This document shows, in pieces, positions 19,042 to 31,100 of a stretch of DNA of 64,000 bases. The position numbers and the translations under genes were made by a program. This DNA comes from Monocercomonoides exilis PA203 (lineage: Eukaryota; Protista; Preaxostyla): assembly GCA_001643675.2 (NCBI GenBank), contig LSRY02000052.1:310001-374000 (forward strand), given 5' to 3'. Within the stretch, counting starts at the first letter, position 1. Each line of letters begins with the position of its first letter. The notes below the pieces were generated by a model. That model was not told where the DNA came from. It was given only the letters and a program-made list of their open reading frames with translations, and searched no databases.

Positions 19042-20521
19042 TTATTGTTCCATTAATCCATTTCCTTCCTCCATATTCACGAGACGCATTCTTCCTTGAC
19101 TATCTTTCACAACAAGATGGACATAGCACGGATATGCACAACAGCCAATTGTCGTTTTGAAAGCAGCAATCATCGAGAATAATAGTGCGAAAATAAAAGG
19201 CACAATCCCCAATAACACCAGCAGGTAAGTGGGGAGATATTGCTATTTTAAATGCAGGAGTGATATAAAATTATAATGAAAACGAAAATAAATATATTAA
19301 TAAATAAATAAATTATAAAAATGAAATAACAAAAAAAATCCAACAAAAATGTAACATTCACATTGTGACATATTAAAAACAATACATCATTATGAAAAAG
19401 CATCCTTCATCACTTTTATATCAAAATCAAACCTGAAATGCAAAATAACAAGGAGCATTAATTCCTAAGGGCGTCGCATAAAAGTTGGTAATATTTGGGC
19501 ACTTGTTGTGAGAACAATCCGTTTTTCCTTTTAAATCTACCGGAATTGCCTGATATTTGTGAAAAAAAAAATATGAATAGAATATATAATAAATGGATTT
19601 TGCATTTGATTTGCCATTATCATCAATAAAGAATTTTCAAATTCAAAAAAAAAAAAATAAAAACGTTTTTCACACCATGACATTGGCTTCTAAAGAAACA
19701 GTATTCAACTCTTTTTGTCTTTCAACTTTTTTGAAATCTTCTTCATCATCAGTAACATAGCAGAAACGTATTGTCTGACGTAACTCAGACTTGAATGGAA
19801 CCTCAACCTCTTTTCCAGCATTCACAATACCTTCCGATAATATTACTTGATGATCTTTCAACTAGCAATCGAAGAAATAAATACATTGCATCGGTAAAAA
19901 TTAAAACAATTTAAAAAGCATACAGTAGTTATTGTATAATTTGTATCCACAGAAAGTTTACCTGAAATAAATTTAACAGGTTCAGTCATTGATGGCAGTA
20001 TGACTTCATGTGAACACATTTGTTTCTGATTTAAGTCAAGATGCAATTGCTTACGTTGCAGTTCTGTTGTAAAATCTTTCATTTCATTTGCTCCAACTAC
20101 CAAGCAATTATCCATGCTCGATATCTAATTATCATTAATTCAAAAATTTTTATGAATTGAAATGCAAATATAGTCAAACAGCAATATCAGTTTCCCCAGT
20201 AAAATCAAAACGTTCTCCCATTGGCCAATAAATAAATTCACTTTCTTCTGTCAAAGCAAAATGATATTTAACATTAACTGCCACAATAATTCCAACAGCA
20301 AGTGTAATTAAAAGTGCTACCCAGCACATTGTTGTTCGAAGTATTGTTGGCATTGTCGGCCTCCACCAATCTGTTGTTGACAACAATTTTATTCAAAATG
20401 TCTAATTTAATAAAAAATGAAATTCATGCCTTTAGGATCATATTTTAATGAAGAATCAAAACTTATCGATTAAAAACATAAATGTGTATCTTTTATAAAA
20501 TAAATGAAATTCATACGGCAT
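19042..20521 (-). CDS. Hypothetical membrane protein with two TM segments flanking a Cys-containing domain, 7 exons
   Basis: MPFDSSLKYDPKDWWRPTMPTILRTTMCWVALLITLAVGIIVAV...YLLVLLGIVPFIFALLFSMIAAF...EQ*. In-frame joins include one GC-AG intron (20429-20371). Confidence 0.65.
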
Positions 20522-20631
20522 CAATATAACGGAAAATCGAAGAAAAATAAAGTTAGCGATCACTTCCCTTCAATGCACATTTTTTTAAATTACATTATGG
20601 TGTCGATCATTAAGCTTTTTAAATTTTTGAA

Positions 20632-22386
20632 ATGGCAGAAGCAGCTGTATGAAAATAATATTGCATTAATTAATTAATTAATAATTTTCTTTTTGTCGCA
20701 TTTCAAATCGATTTATCTTTGAAAATGCTATTTTTCAATGTTCTGTCAGAGTATGCTTTTTTAATTGTTAAAAACAATGCAGATGCAAATTTGGATTCTT
20801 ATTAACAACCTTTCTATTTTACGTTTATATGTTATATGAATACGATATTATTTAGCTTCTGAATATTCCGCATCAGAAAGTTTAGAACAATTGATGAGAG
20901 AATCAACCATGCTCCTTGAAACAGGTTTATAATTTTCAATTATTGATGCACATTTACAACACTGACAATTTTATTAATTGTTAAATGTAAATCATGCTTT
21001 TAGGTCTTAAAGATACTCGCCAAAGTTCTTCAAGAGCCGCTCCAACTTCATCAAGCTATTTATCAACTCCCATGCAAACTGGCCCATTTCAGCAACCACA
21101 AACAGCATCTTCTATTCATTCTACTTCTGCATACAACCAGCCATTTCTATCTTCAACAAACCCTATTCCTCTTTCATCTACTGCACCTTCATCAAGCAGT
21201 TCAACTGTGATGTGCGATAGTTGTCCTCCTGAATCTCCAAATCCAGCTGTATATTTTTGCAGACAATGTAGAGGTTTGCATTTTATTAGCATTGGCATAT
21301 TCATAAAATTGCAATAATTTTATTTATACCAATTATCTTTCATTTTTGAAAGGAAACTTTTGTGAAAATTGCGATGCGCAGTTTCATCCATCTCATAATG
21401 CTTTGATGAGCAGACATGTCCGTTTGCCAATTGACTCGTCTCGTTCAGCATTGTTTTGTTCCGAACATCCAGAGGAAGAGCTTTCATACTATTGCTTGAG
21501 CTGCGAAGGCACATGCATTTGCTCTGAATGTGCAATTCGTGGAGCGCATAAAGGGCATGATGTACAGACAATTAGAAAGAGTTACGGTGAGGTACGAAAG
21601 CGTATGAACGAAATTGTATCCGCGTTAGCAATGAGGCAAGAGGCAGTCAAAAAGATTCTAATGCAGATTGAGGCACATGAGCAAGAAATTGCTGATAACA
21701 CACGATCCATAAAAGAGTCAATGGCACTTTCATTTAATGAGCTAAGAGAGAAGATAAGAAGAAAAGAGCTGGAGTTTATGGCTACAGCAGACAAGTTCCA
21801 AGAAGAGCAGATTGCAGAATTATCTTCATTCATATCATATGCACAGACAAAGCAAAATGAGATAACTGGAGCTATTTCTCAGATGAAAGGAGCTAGCGAA
21901 AGCTCAGATGAAATAGGGCTTCTCAACTTTTATGGAACGCATAAACAAGTTGCGACCGATCTTCTAAAAGACACACCAATTGATGTGAGGCTTCCAGAAG
22001 TTGCCAGCAGACGATGCTATTTGGATATGGAAAGTGCAAACAAGCAATTAGAGGGACTTTCAGCATTGCATTTGGCAGTGGCTTCAGTTCAGGCAACATA
22101 CACACAAGGAATAGAAGGAGCACCGGGAATGCTCCCAGGAGCAGAGACTGGAGCACCAATGTCGATGTCGCTTGGAGATGGAGAAAGCGGAACAGAAAGA
22201 GGAGCAATGAGAGCAACACCTTCATCCGCGAGGCAGATGGGGCAGTCTGCTCAAAGCGGTATGGATTCATACTATGGAGCCCCTGGAATGGAGAATTCGG
22301 GAATGGAAGGACGAGAGAGGATGAGTGGAAGGTCAAGCAGAAGAGACAGGGATGTTGAAGGAACAGGAAGAAAGAAGAGATTATGA
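20632..22386 (+). CDS. Tandem B-box zinc finger plus coiled-coil protein (TRIM-like, no RING); exons 20632-20646, 20750, 20856-20924, 21004-21273, 21353-22386
   Basis: B-box1 CDSC...FCRQCRGNFCENCDAQFH...H and B-box2 CSEH...YYCLSC...ICSECAIRGAHKGH, followed by a heptad-rich helix. The 5' exons are in frame only with a 1-nt exon. Confidence 0.88.
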
Positions 22387-23092
22387 AATGAATAAATATG
22401 CTTTTGAAAAGAAGCTTTTCTATCCCCTTCGAGTATTTAATCTGACATTTATTGATAATTTTCTTTCACAGCAGTAATTGTTTGTCATCATTCAATTATT
22501 GTACTTAAAATTTTCACTAATTAATCTTCACGCTTATTCACATCAAATTTTTTTTGTTTAAACAATTTTTCCAAAACCTAACAGTTTCGCTATTTGACTG
22601 AACAAAAATACCTCTGACAATTATTTTCCCAAACAAATCACATTTTATAAATGCACCACGATACAATCGACTTGATGCATTGCTTTTGAATTCACTTCTC
22701 ATTTCAAAAACTGGGGAATAAATGTGTCTTAAAAGGGATAGCCGCTAATATTGATGTCAACTGCATATACATGAAAAGAAATAAATATCTAAAGTGTAAA
22801 TGAATGAATTGTAATAATTATGAATCAAATACATACAAATCTTGTAATTGTTAAAAAAAAATACATAATTATTTACAAAAAAACAAAAAAAGCTACAAAA
22901 TTATCTATTCACTTTGGTCAATGACTTTATTGTTTCATCAATATTAGATCACTTATCAACAGAATACAATGATGAATGCATCATCGCTGCAATAGTTCAA
23001 CATAGACAAGACACCTGTGTCATTGAAGAAACAAGCAAGTTCCACAGAATACAAAGCGTTAAAAGAAGATTTTGTGCAGAAGATTAGCATAA

Positions 23093-26000
23093 TCACTGCT
23101 TCTTCATCTTTTGTTTCTTCTTCCCACTTGAAGAATTACTCTTCACATTCGAAGGATTATTATTATCATTAGCAGAGATTTCTGATCGTTCTTTGATTTT
23201 CTCAGTCGCGATTGGCAATCTTTCATTGTCAGAAGATGCAGTTGATTCCAATATTATATATTTTCCTTTCTTTGAATGTTTTGATGCAACATCTGAAACA
23301 ACTGGCAAAGGTTCCAAAGATGTTGATGAAAGAGGAGGAACATCTGGCGTTGACTGATATAACTTCAGTGCCACATCAAAAGGTAGAAACGGTCCATCAT
23401 CCATTGTTGTAGCCTTTGACCCTTTTTTCGCTGCTTTTGATGTTCTCTCTTTTACCTTTTCTTTTGTAGAACCATCTGTTGCCTTCATTGCATCAGATGT
23501 TTCCATCATGTTTCCATTCGAATTGGAATTTTCAGAAGAAAGATCTTCCAATTTATTGCTTCCTCCTTCATTTGCCTCGTCTTCCTCATCCTCATCCTCA
23601 TCATCATCGTCAGCAAACCCTCTCCGAAATTCTTCCTCCTCTAGTTGTCTTATTGCTTCTCTCTGCTCTTCCAATTCTTCCTCTTTCCTTTTGATTTCCC
23701 TCTCTTCCTCCTCCACATCTACTTCAACTGTGTAAAACACTTCAGTTTCTGGTGGGGCAACATTCATTTCAGCAGATAGTGCAGCAGACTCTTTCGCTCT
23801 TTCAGTATTTGATTCAGCATTCTCTCCATTCGAATGCTCAACGTTGTTGTTGCTGCTGCTTTTTCTTTCAATAATAAGAGAACGGTTATCTTCAACGTGA
23901 GAGCCTTGAAGAATGTCACTCTGCCCAATATGAAGCAAAGAGGATCGAACAGAAGCAGTTGAAAGATCATATGACACCTCGTCTTTCATCACCACACTAT
24001 TGCCTGTACTTGACTGCTCGTCTATTCCTTTGTTTCTTTTGCTCATTCTTATTCCAATAGCACCGTCATTTCCAATCCCATCGCTGCTCTTTTCTTCTTC
24101 TTCTTCTTCTGGATTGCTATTGAGTGAGTACAACGGAGATCCCAAAGGAGAATGCTCATAAGGAAGCAGATGCGTTGCAAAAGAAACATGTTTTGATGCG
24201 TTAATATCTTTTTGATCATCTGGAAACACAAGTTGCTTATCCAGATGGTTTTCAATTGTTGTTCCATTCAAATAAGTTTGATCCAAATCAGAGTGAACTA
24301 ATGGAGGAGAATTAGAGATTGAGGAATATGCTGTTGTGGTGGATGGAGATTGCATAAGAGGCGTTGTTTCGCTGCTGTCTGGTGAAAATGCACACTGTTG
24401 AGAATATAGTTCAGATTCTCCAGCTATCTCTCGTTCGCCTTTCACTGAAATAACCATTTTCTGATTCTTCAAGTCCTTCATATGCTGCTCTTCATCTTTG
24501 TTATCACTTTTTCTTTCATCAACTCCATTCTTCTTTGAACTCTTCTTTCTCTTCATCTTCTTCAACTCTCCATCATTTTCATCCTCCCTTCTTTCAATTT
24601 TACAAGACCCGAAGTTCAGATCTCTCTTCATCTCCTTCAGCATATTCTCAGCCAGCGACATTCCCACAGCCGCAGCCGAGGCGCCTGAGCCAACAGCTCT
24701 TCCAGCAGAAGCTGAAGACGAAGGTGCAAAAGGAAACGGCCGGAAAAATCTCTGAAAGGAGGCAATTGAACTTCCCATTGAGTGATAAGACATCGTTCGA
24801 TGAAGGCCTCGAAACGGAGGAATGACAAGATTCAAACGTTCAAATGGAACTGTTGCAGAAACTGACTCAGAAGAAGAAGAAGAAGAAGAAGAATGGGATT
24901 TGTGGGGATGGAATGCATGCCGGCTGGATTTGTGCTTATCTGAATGATCGTGATGATGAGAATGAATATGAGTCTTTGCACTTTCAATGGAATGCTCTTC
25001 TTCATTGTTTAATGAATTGCTTTTCTTTTTGATTCTTTTTCTTTCTGTTTCATCTTTTTCACTCATTTTTTGCTCAGTTTGATTGCTTGTTTCATCATTC
25101 TGAAGATTCGATCCATCTGCCTTCGATTTGTTATTCCTCTTCTTCCTCAGAACAATTGGTGCCTTTGGCATGTCTGGTGGGCGAATTGGTACAACAGAAG
25201 AAGAAAGAGACGACGACGTGACTGGAACACGAGAAAATGGCGGTCTCTTGTGAATGAAGGCAACAACAGAAGACAAAGAAAATGTAGCGTTGCTTTTCTT
25301 CGGTTCACTTGCCCTCAGTTTGTGCTGCGTGGGAAGCGTTGCCACAGACGAGGCAAACGCTGAAAGATGCTTGTCTGACGACCCTCTTCTCCTTCTGACT
25401 TCGCCTGATTGCGACAAAGCATCAGAGCCACTGTCAATTGAGTGAGCGTTGATTGATGAGCCAGATTCTGAAAGGAGAGTCTCTCCAGTGACTGAGTGCA
25501 GCGTGGGTGTTCGCAGCATCCTGGTGCCAACAGATGATCCACTCACAGAAGCAGATTCAGCATTGGATGAAGGAGACACACGACGCTCAAACGGCATCTC
25601 AGAAGAAGAAATAGGAATCATATTGAACTTTTGCTCATACTCATCTGCAACAATTTCGTCTTCTTGGTGAAGAAGAAGCGGAGCAATTCCGCTTTCAATT
25701 TTGGCTTCAGCATTTTTCTTTGCTTCCGTCGAAGAAGTCGATGAAGAACTCGACAAAGAAGCAGCAGATGTGATACTTGTGCTTTCATCTGAATCATCCA
25801 TCGATTGAGAAGCAGATGACTCCAAAGACAGCTCTGATGAAGATGGAACGTCTTCATCATCATCATTCGCCTCCTCATGTGAAAGCAAACCAAGCTTCTG
25901 TTCTTCATCTATTTGCTTGTCCTTTTCGTCCAGATTTTTCTTGTGAAATTTTCTGTTTAAAGTCGATTTTTTCTGTCTCTTTCCCTTTTTTCCATTTTTG

Positions 26001-27750
26001 CTGTGCAATCTCCGTTCATTTTTGCTTCCTTTTTCTTCTGTATCTTCTTCGTTTATTTCTTTCCTTTTTGTATTTTTCCTCCTTCTGATATCTTCTTCTT
26101 TTTGTTCTTTTAAATCTTCATCAGATTGAGTTTGTTCTTTATCCTCGTGTTCTCTCTCCTCTTTCTCTTTCTCTTTATCATGTTTCTCTTTAATAAGATC
26201 TGTCTTCTTCCAGCGCCCAGTCAGCACTGCTACCAACACTGGAAGGGAGCATGTGAATGAGTATGCCACAATAAGCACCGTGCTTATCAGAACAGACAGC
26301 TTCCCTTTTTTGGCTATCAAAACACCCGGCACAACAACACAAGACACAACAGCAAATAGCGAGCAAAGTGTAGGTGTGATTGTGTCGCCTGATGCTTGCA
26401 GTGTGGAGGAGAGTGTCAAGCATAGCATTTCACCCACAGAAAACGCAGAAAACAACCGCAACATCGTCACTCCGCTCTTCAACAGCCGCTCAAGCTCGTC
26501 TGGAGAGGTGAAGTCCTTCGGATCCACAAACATTCTCAGGATGAGATGAGGTATGCCGTTGTAAAGAGCAATCAAAAAGATCAAATAGATGCTCAGTGTC
26601 GTGATTGAGACCCTTGTTACGCGCACAGCAGCGCCTGTTTGCTTTGCACCAAGATGTAGTGCAACAAGAATCTCCTGCGCACCTGCCATTCCATAAACAA
26701 CCATTCCGACAACTTCGTGTACAGTCGTTGCCAATCCAGCTGCAGTAACTTCCATTGCCCCCACAAACTGCATGAGGAACAGATACACCGTCCAAACAAT
26801 CAATTCCAATGATCGAACTAGTCCAGATCCAAAACCTAAAACGCACATTTTCAGAAGAAGCTTGACATTAGGAATTAGTGAACGAAGGGAAAGAAGCTTG
26901 AACTGCTTTCTGATTTTCCCATTCCAAAGGAGCCAGCCAAAGAAAACTATTGATCCGAAACCTTTTGCGGTCACCGTTCCATATGCGGCTCCCATATATC
27001 CTTTCTTTAGCACAATGATATACAGATAATCAGCTCCGGCATTCATGATAAGAGATAAAATATTCACAACTATAATCGGAACAGGTCGAGAAATTCCAGC
27101 AAACATTGACGCTCCATGTTCGTAAAGAAGAAATGCAATTGCCCATGTGAGCATAAACTGTGAATATTCAATTTCTGCCCTTAGCAAAAGCCCAGTAGTT
27201 GGATTTGATTTGTCATCAAGAAGCATGAGCAACGGCTTCATCGCTGGAATAAAAGCAGCACACAATCCCCAACAAATTAATGTAACATAATTTGTAGTCC
27301 AAAATATAACTCCAACTTGATCATACTGTCCATCGCCAAAAATTTGAGAAATATAATTTGTTGTGAAAAAAACAATTCCAAGCGCAAGATAAAGGATTAT
27401 TGACACTGTACTCCATCCAACCGATACAATCGCAACATCTGTTCCAATTTCTCGATCTGGAGGATTGTAATGACTCAAAATCATCTTTTCGATAAAAACA
27501 TTGATGATTGAAGAAGCCTATAAAAAGAGAAAAATCAAAATATTTATTGAAACAGCTCAGAGAAAAATCAAACTTCTGAAAGTATCATAGGAATGGAAAG
27601 AACAATTAACTCTTGCAAATTTGAATACAACAATATTTATCTTTTTTGAGCAAAAAATAAAATAAGCCAACCTTTAAGACCTCCTGGTCCTCTCCAAGCA
27701 AATAGCCTACTCAAAAAATTCGCTTTATTATTTTTCTTTTCTTTTGGCAT
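23093..27750 (-). CDS. MATE family efflux transporter with a ~1000-aa low-complexity C-terminal tail
   Basis: Two short 5' introns give MPKEKK...WRGPGGLKELIVLSIPMILSEASSIINVFIEKMILSH. About 12 hydrophobic segments follow, with MATE-like motifs (SQIFGDG, GYMGAAYGT, LQASGDT.TP). Confidence 0.85.
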
Positions 27751-28168
27751 TTTGAAAGATTAAATAAAATATTTTTGTTGGTGATATCAAATTAATATTG
27801 GTTTTGATCACAGTTTTCTTTTTTCCTATTTCGATGCTTGAAATTTTGTCAGTTGCCTTCGATGCTTGTGAAAGATGCTAAATTATGATAGCCAGATATA
27901 TGAAAAAATTGAAAATTGCACTTCAACAAAAATTAATTCGCTCAGAATATATTTCAGAAAATTTTAGTGTTTAAAAAATCGCCAAATACAAGAACAAAAT
28001 GAATACACCAGAAATTACAAATTGAAACATCACTTTGATGTTTCATTCAAAATGCTCTAATCATTTTTTCACACAGAAAAAATATAAAACACTAACAAAG
28101 AAAAATGAAAAAAAATATAAAATTATCGAAATGGATATTTATACGAATACAATCTAAGCAACAAGTTA

Positions 28169-31100
28169 TCACCCACTTCCCATCAATTTTCCCCATTCTT
28201 CAAGAGAAGTCGGTGCAATGTCTGTCTTGAACTTTGGTTTTTGCTGAAGTGGTGTTTTCTTCTTATCTCTTGAATCATTATCACTGCGCGAGGATATCTT
28301 CATGGGATGTATGTTTTCTTGGTCATTCCTTTTTGAAGGAGCACGAAATTCATTTGCATTGCTTGTTTTTGGAGCACGAGTATTTTGGTATAACTTGCTT
28401 TTAAATTGTTTGTTATCCGCTACAAATGATTTTCCGCTCGTTGGTGAGAGAAAAGATATGCTTGTTTGAAGTGAATCTTCTGATGAATGAATTGAATCAG
28501 ATTGAGAAGGCAACATTGAAGAAAATGATTGATTTTGGAATGAAGAAGACGTTAGCATCGGAGAATGTGTCTTTAAAGCAGAAGCAGAAGAAGAGGAAGA
28601 GGAGGATTTCTGTCTCATTTGTGAATGCTCTGTTGATTCTGAGAGTTCAGGCAAGAAGAAAAGCGAAGTTCCAGCCGCTGAAAACGAAAAAGACTGTTCA
28701 CCTTTCCCATTTTCTGAGGGATTCTGAGGCTGGAAAAATGAAATCTGTTCATTTGAGATATCTTTTGTGTTGTCGTCTGCCTTCTCATCTTGCACAGAAT
28801 CAGCTTCATCCAACAAATAATCATCGCATCCTTCGCTATTTGCATTATCTAGCTTATTTGATTGACCATCCGTGTTAATATCGTTCTCTTCATTTGATCT
28901 GATGGTTGATGAGAGAAGAGAAGACCTGTCACCATGCTTGTGAAGTGTGTCCAAAAAGTCCTCACTAATCTCTTTCATTCGTTGCTCTCCAATATCCTTT
29001 TCGTTTTTAAGCTCAGCTTTAACTTTGTCGATTAGCTTTTTGAGGTTCACGAGTGAGATCTCTCTCTTTTCAGTGTATTCCTCCATCTTCATAACTTCGC
29101 CTTCGATGATGCTTATGAGGTTCATGACTTGCTGCATTGTTCGGTTGAATGGGATGAGTGCATCGCGGCACCATTCTTCAATCACAAGTGGTGTTATGTC
29201 CGTCGCTCCAAACAAAGAATTTGATTTTTCAAATGACGAAGCCGTTTGCTTTCGAGAAGGAAGAGTTTGTGTTGGATCAAAAGCACAATTCTCTGTCTCA
29301 TCTTCTTCAGCATGGTGTTGATCTGAAATCTCTTTGCTTTCTTCGTCATTCGTTTGCTTGCTGGATGGATCTTCATCTGACTCTTTCTGATTCATCAGCA
29401 TCACACGCTTAGAAAATGGAGATGAAAGCTGATTAATTGCAGTGTCTGTGAGAGATGTTGCTTGAAGAGGCACAATTTGGTCTGAAATATCTTTTGTTTG
29501 AACACAGTATGATTTATATGGAGATTCCATAAGCTCGTTATCTTCTTCGGTGCTTTGCCTATGATCATCAGAAACTGAAGCTACTTCCTCAAAAGTTTGA
29601 GCGATACCATTCAAGCCAGCAGATTCAGGCTCATTTCCATCTTTTCCATTCTTTGGATTCTTTTCCTTGTCTTCATCATCTTCTGCCTCTCTTTTCTCTA
29701 AATAAGATCGAGCAAGTGTTTCGATGTTCTTTAGCTCATTTTCTGCTTCAGCTGCCTTAAGACCGACAAGAACCTGTTGCTTATTCATCTGCCGAAGGAG
29801 CTCTTGTTTTATGATTGAATCCTCTTTCAGTTGGCTGCAGACAACAAGAATGTCATTTTGCAGCTGCCTCACAACAGGAAGAGACGATGACAAGAGATAA
29901 ACAGAAGTGTGCAAGCATCGGCCCATGAGAGGAATTACAGAGGAAATATCGAATTCTTCTTTGAGAGAATGCTGCAATGAAGATTGTGATGTGTTGTTTG
30001 TTTTGGATGAATTGTCTGGTTTAATGTTCTGTATCTTTTGTTTTGAAGCCATTCGTGATACTGGTGATTGTGTTGAATTCGTTAAAAATTCGGAAATATC
30101 AGAAAGATGTTTGAGCAATTTTTCTGCCTTTTCGTCTTCTTCCTTTTCAATTGGATTTATATCAACCAAACTTTTATTTGAAGCATTCTCAGTGTTCTCA
30201 TCATCATCTTCTTTCTCTGATGAATATCCGCTCTTTTCTATTCTCTCTCTATTTTTGTGCTTCACTTGATTCAGCATGTCGTCAACGAATTTCTGTTCAG
30301 ATTCTCTTTCCTTCTTTCGAACAAAATGAACACTGAGAAGCGAATTCATCTCAGATATGTCTTCAAAAAGACGTTTGTTTGCAGTCGCCTCAGCTGCAGC
30401 AACAATATCTCTGGTTTCTTCTGCTTCCTTCACAATAGCACGGAATAAGCGTTCGGCAATGTTTTGATCTCTTTGAATAGCAAGCAATTGAGGTGACTGT
30501 GGCTTTTTTAATTGTTGGCTATCTGTTTCGTTGTCAGGCCCAGCCGGTTGTTTTTCTTCATTTGATAATACTTGGTTTTCTTCAATCAAATCAAAGAGAT
30601 CATCCTCCTCCTCATCATCATCCACATATTCTTTTTGACTTGTAATCGAAAAGTCTTTTTCTGCTGGTGAAATTCCCTCAGCATCTTCCTGCTTGCTTTT
30701 CAAATCCTTAAATTTCTTTTTCTTTCCTTCAATCAGAATGTTTTTCACATTCTTCATCATCTCCAACATTAAAGCTCTCAATTCTGCTTCCTTTTCGCAT
30801 TCTTCTTGTCTCATCTTTGTCTTTTTATCATCAGCTTCTCTTTGCTCCCTTCCTTTTAGCATCAACTCGTTCACCTCTTTTCGAAGTGCCATTTTTTCTG
30901 CTTCGATTTCAGCCACTTTCTGACCCCATTCCTGTCTTTCTTTATTCATTTCTTCAATCATTCGATTCCTTTCTTCCTCTTCTTGTTTCTTCTCCTCTTC
31001 TCTTTCAGCTTCTAAATACGCTAACCTTTCTCTTTCTTCTTTCAATTCTTCTTCAACTCTGCTTCTTTCGATTTGTTCTTGTTTAAGTTCTTCATTTTTC

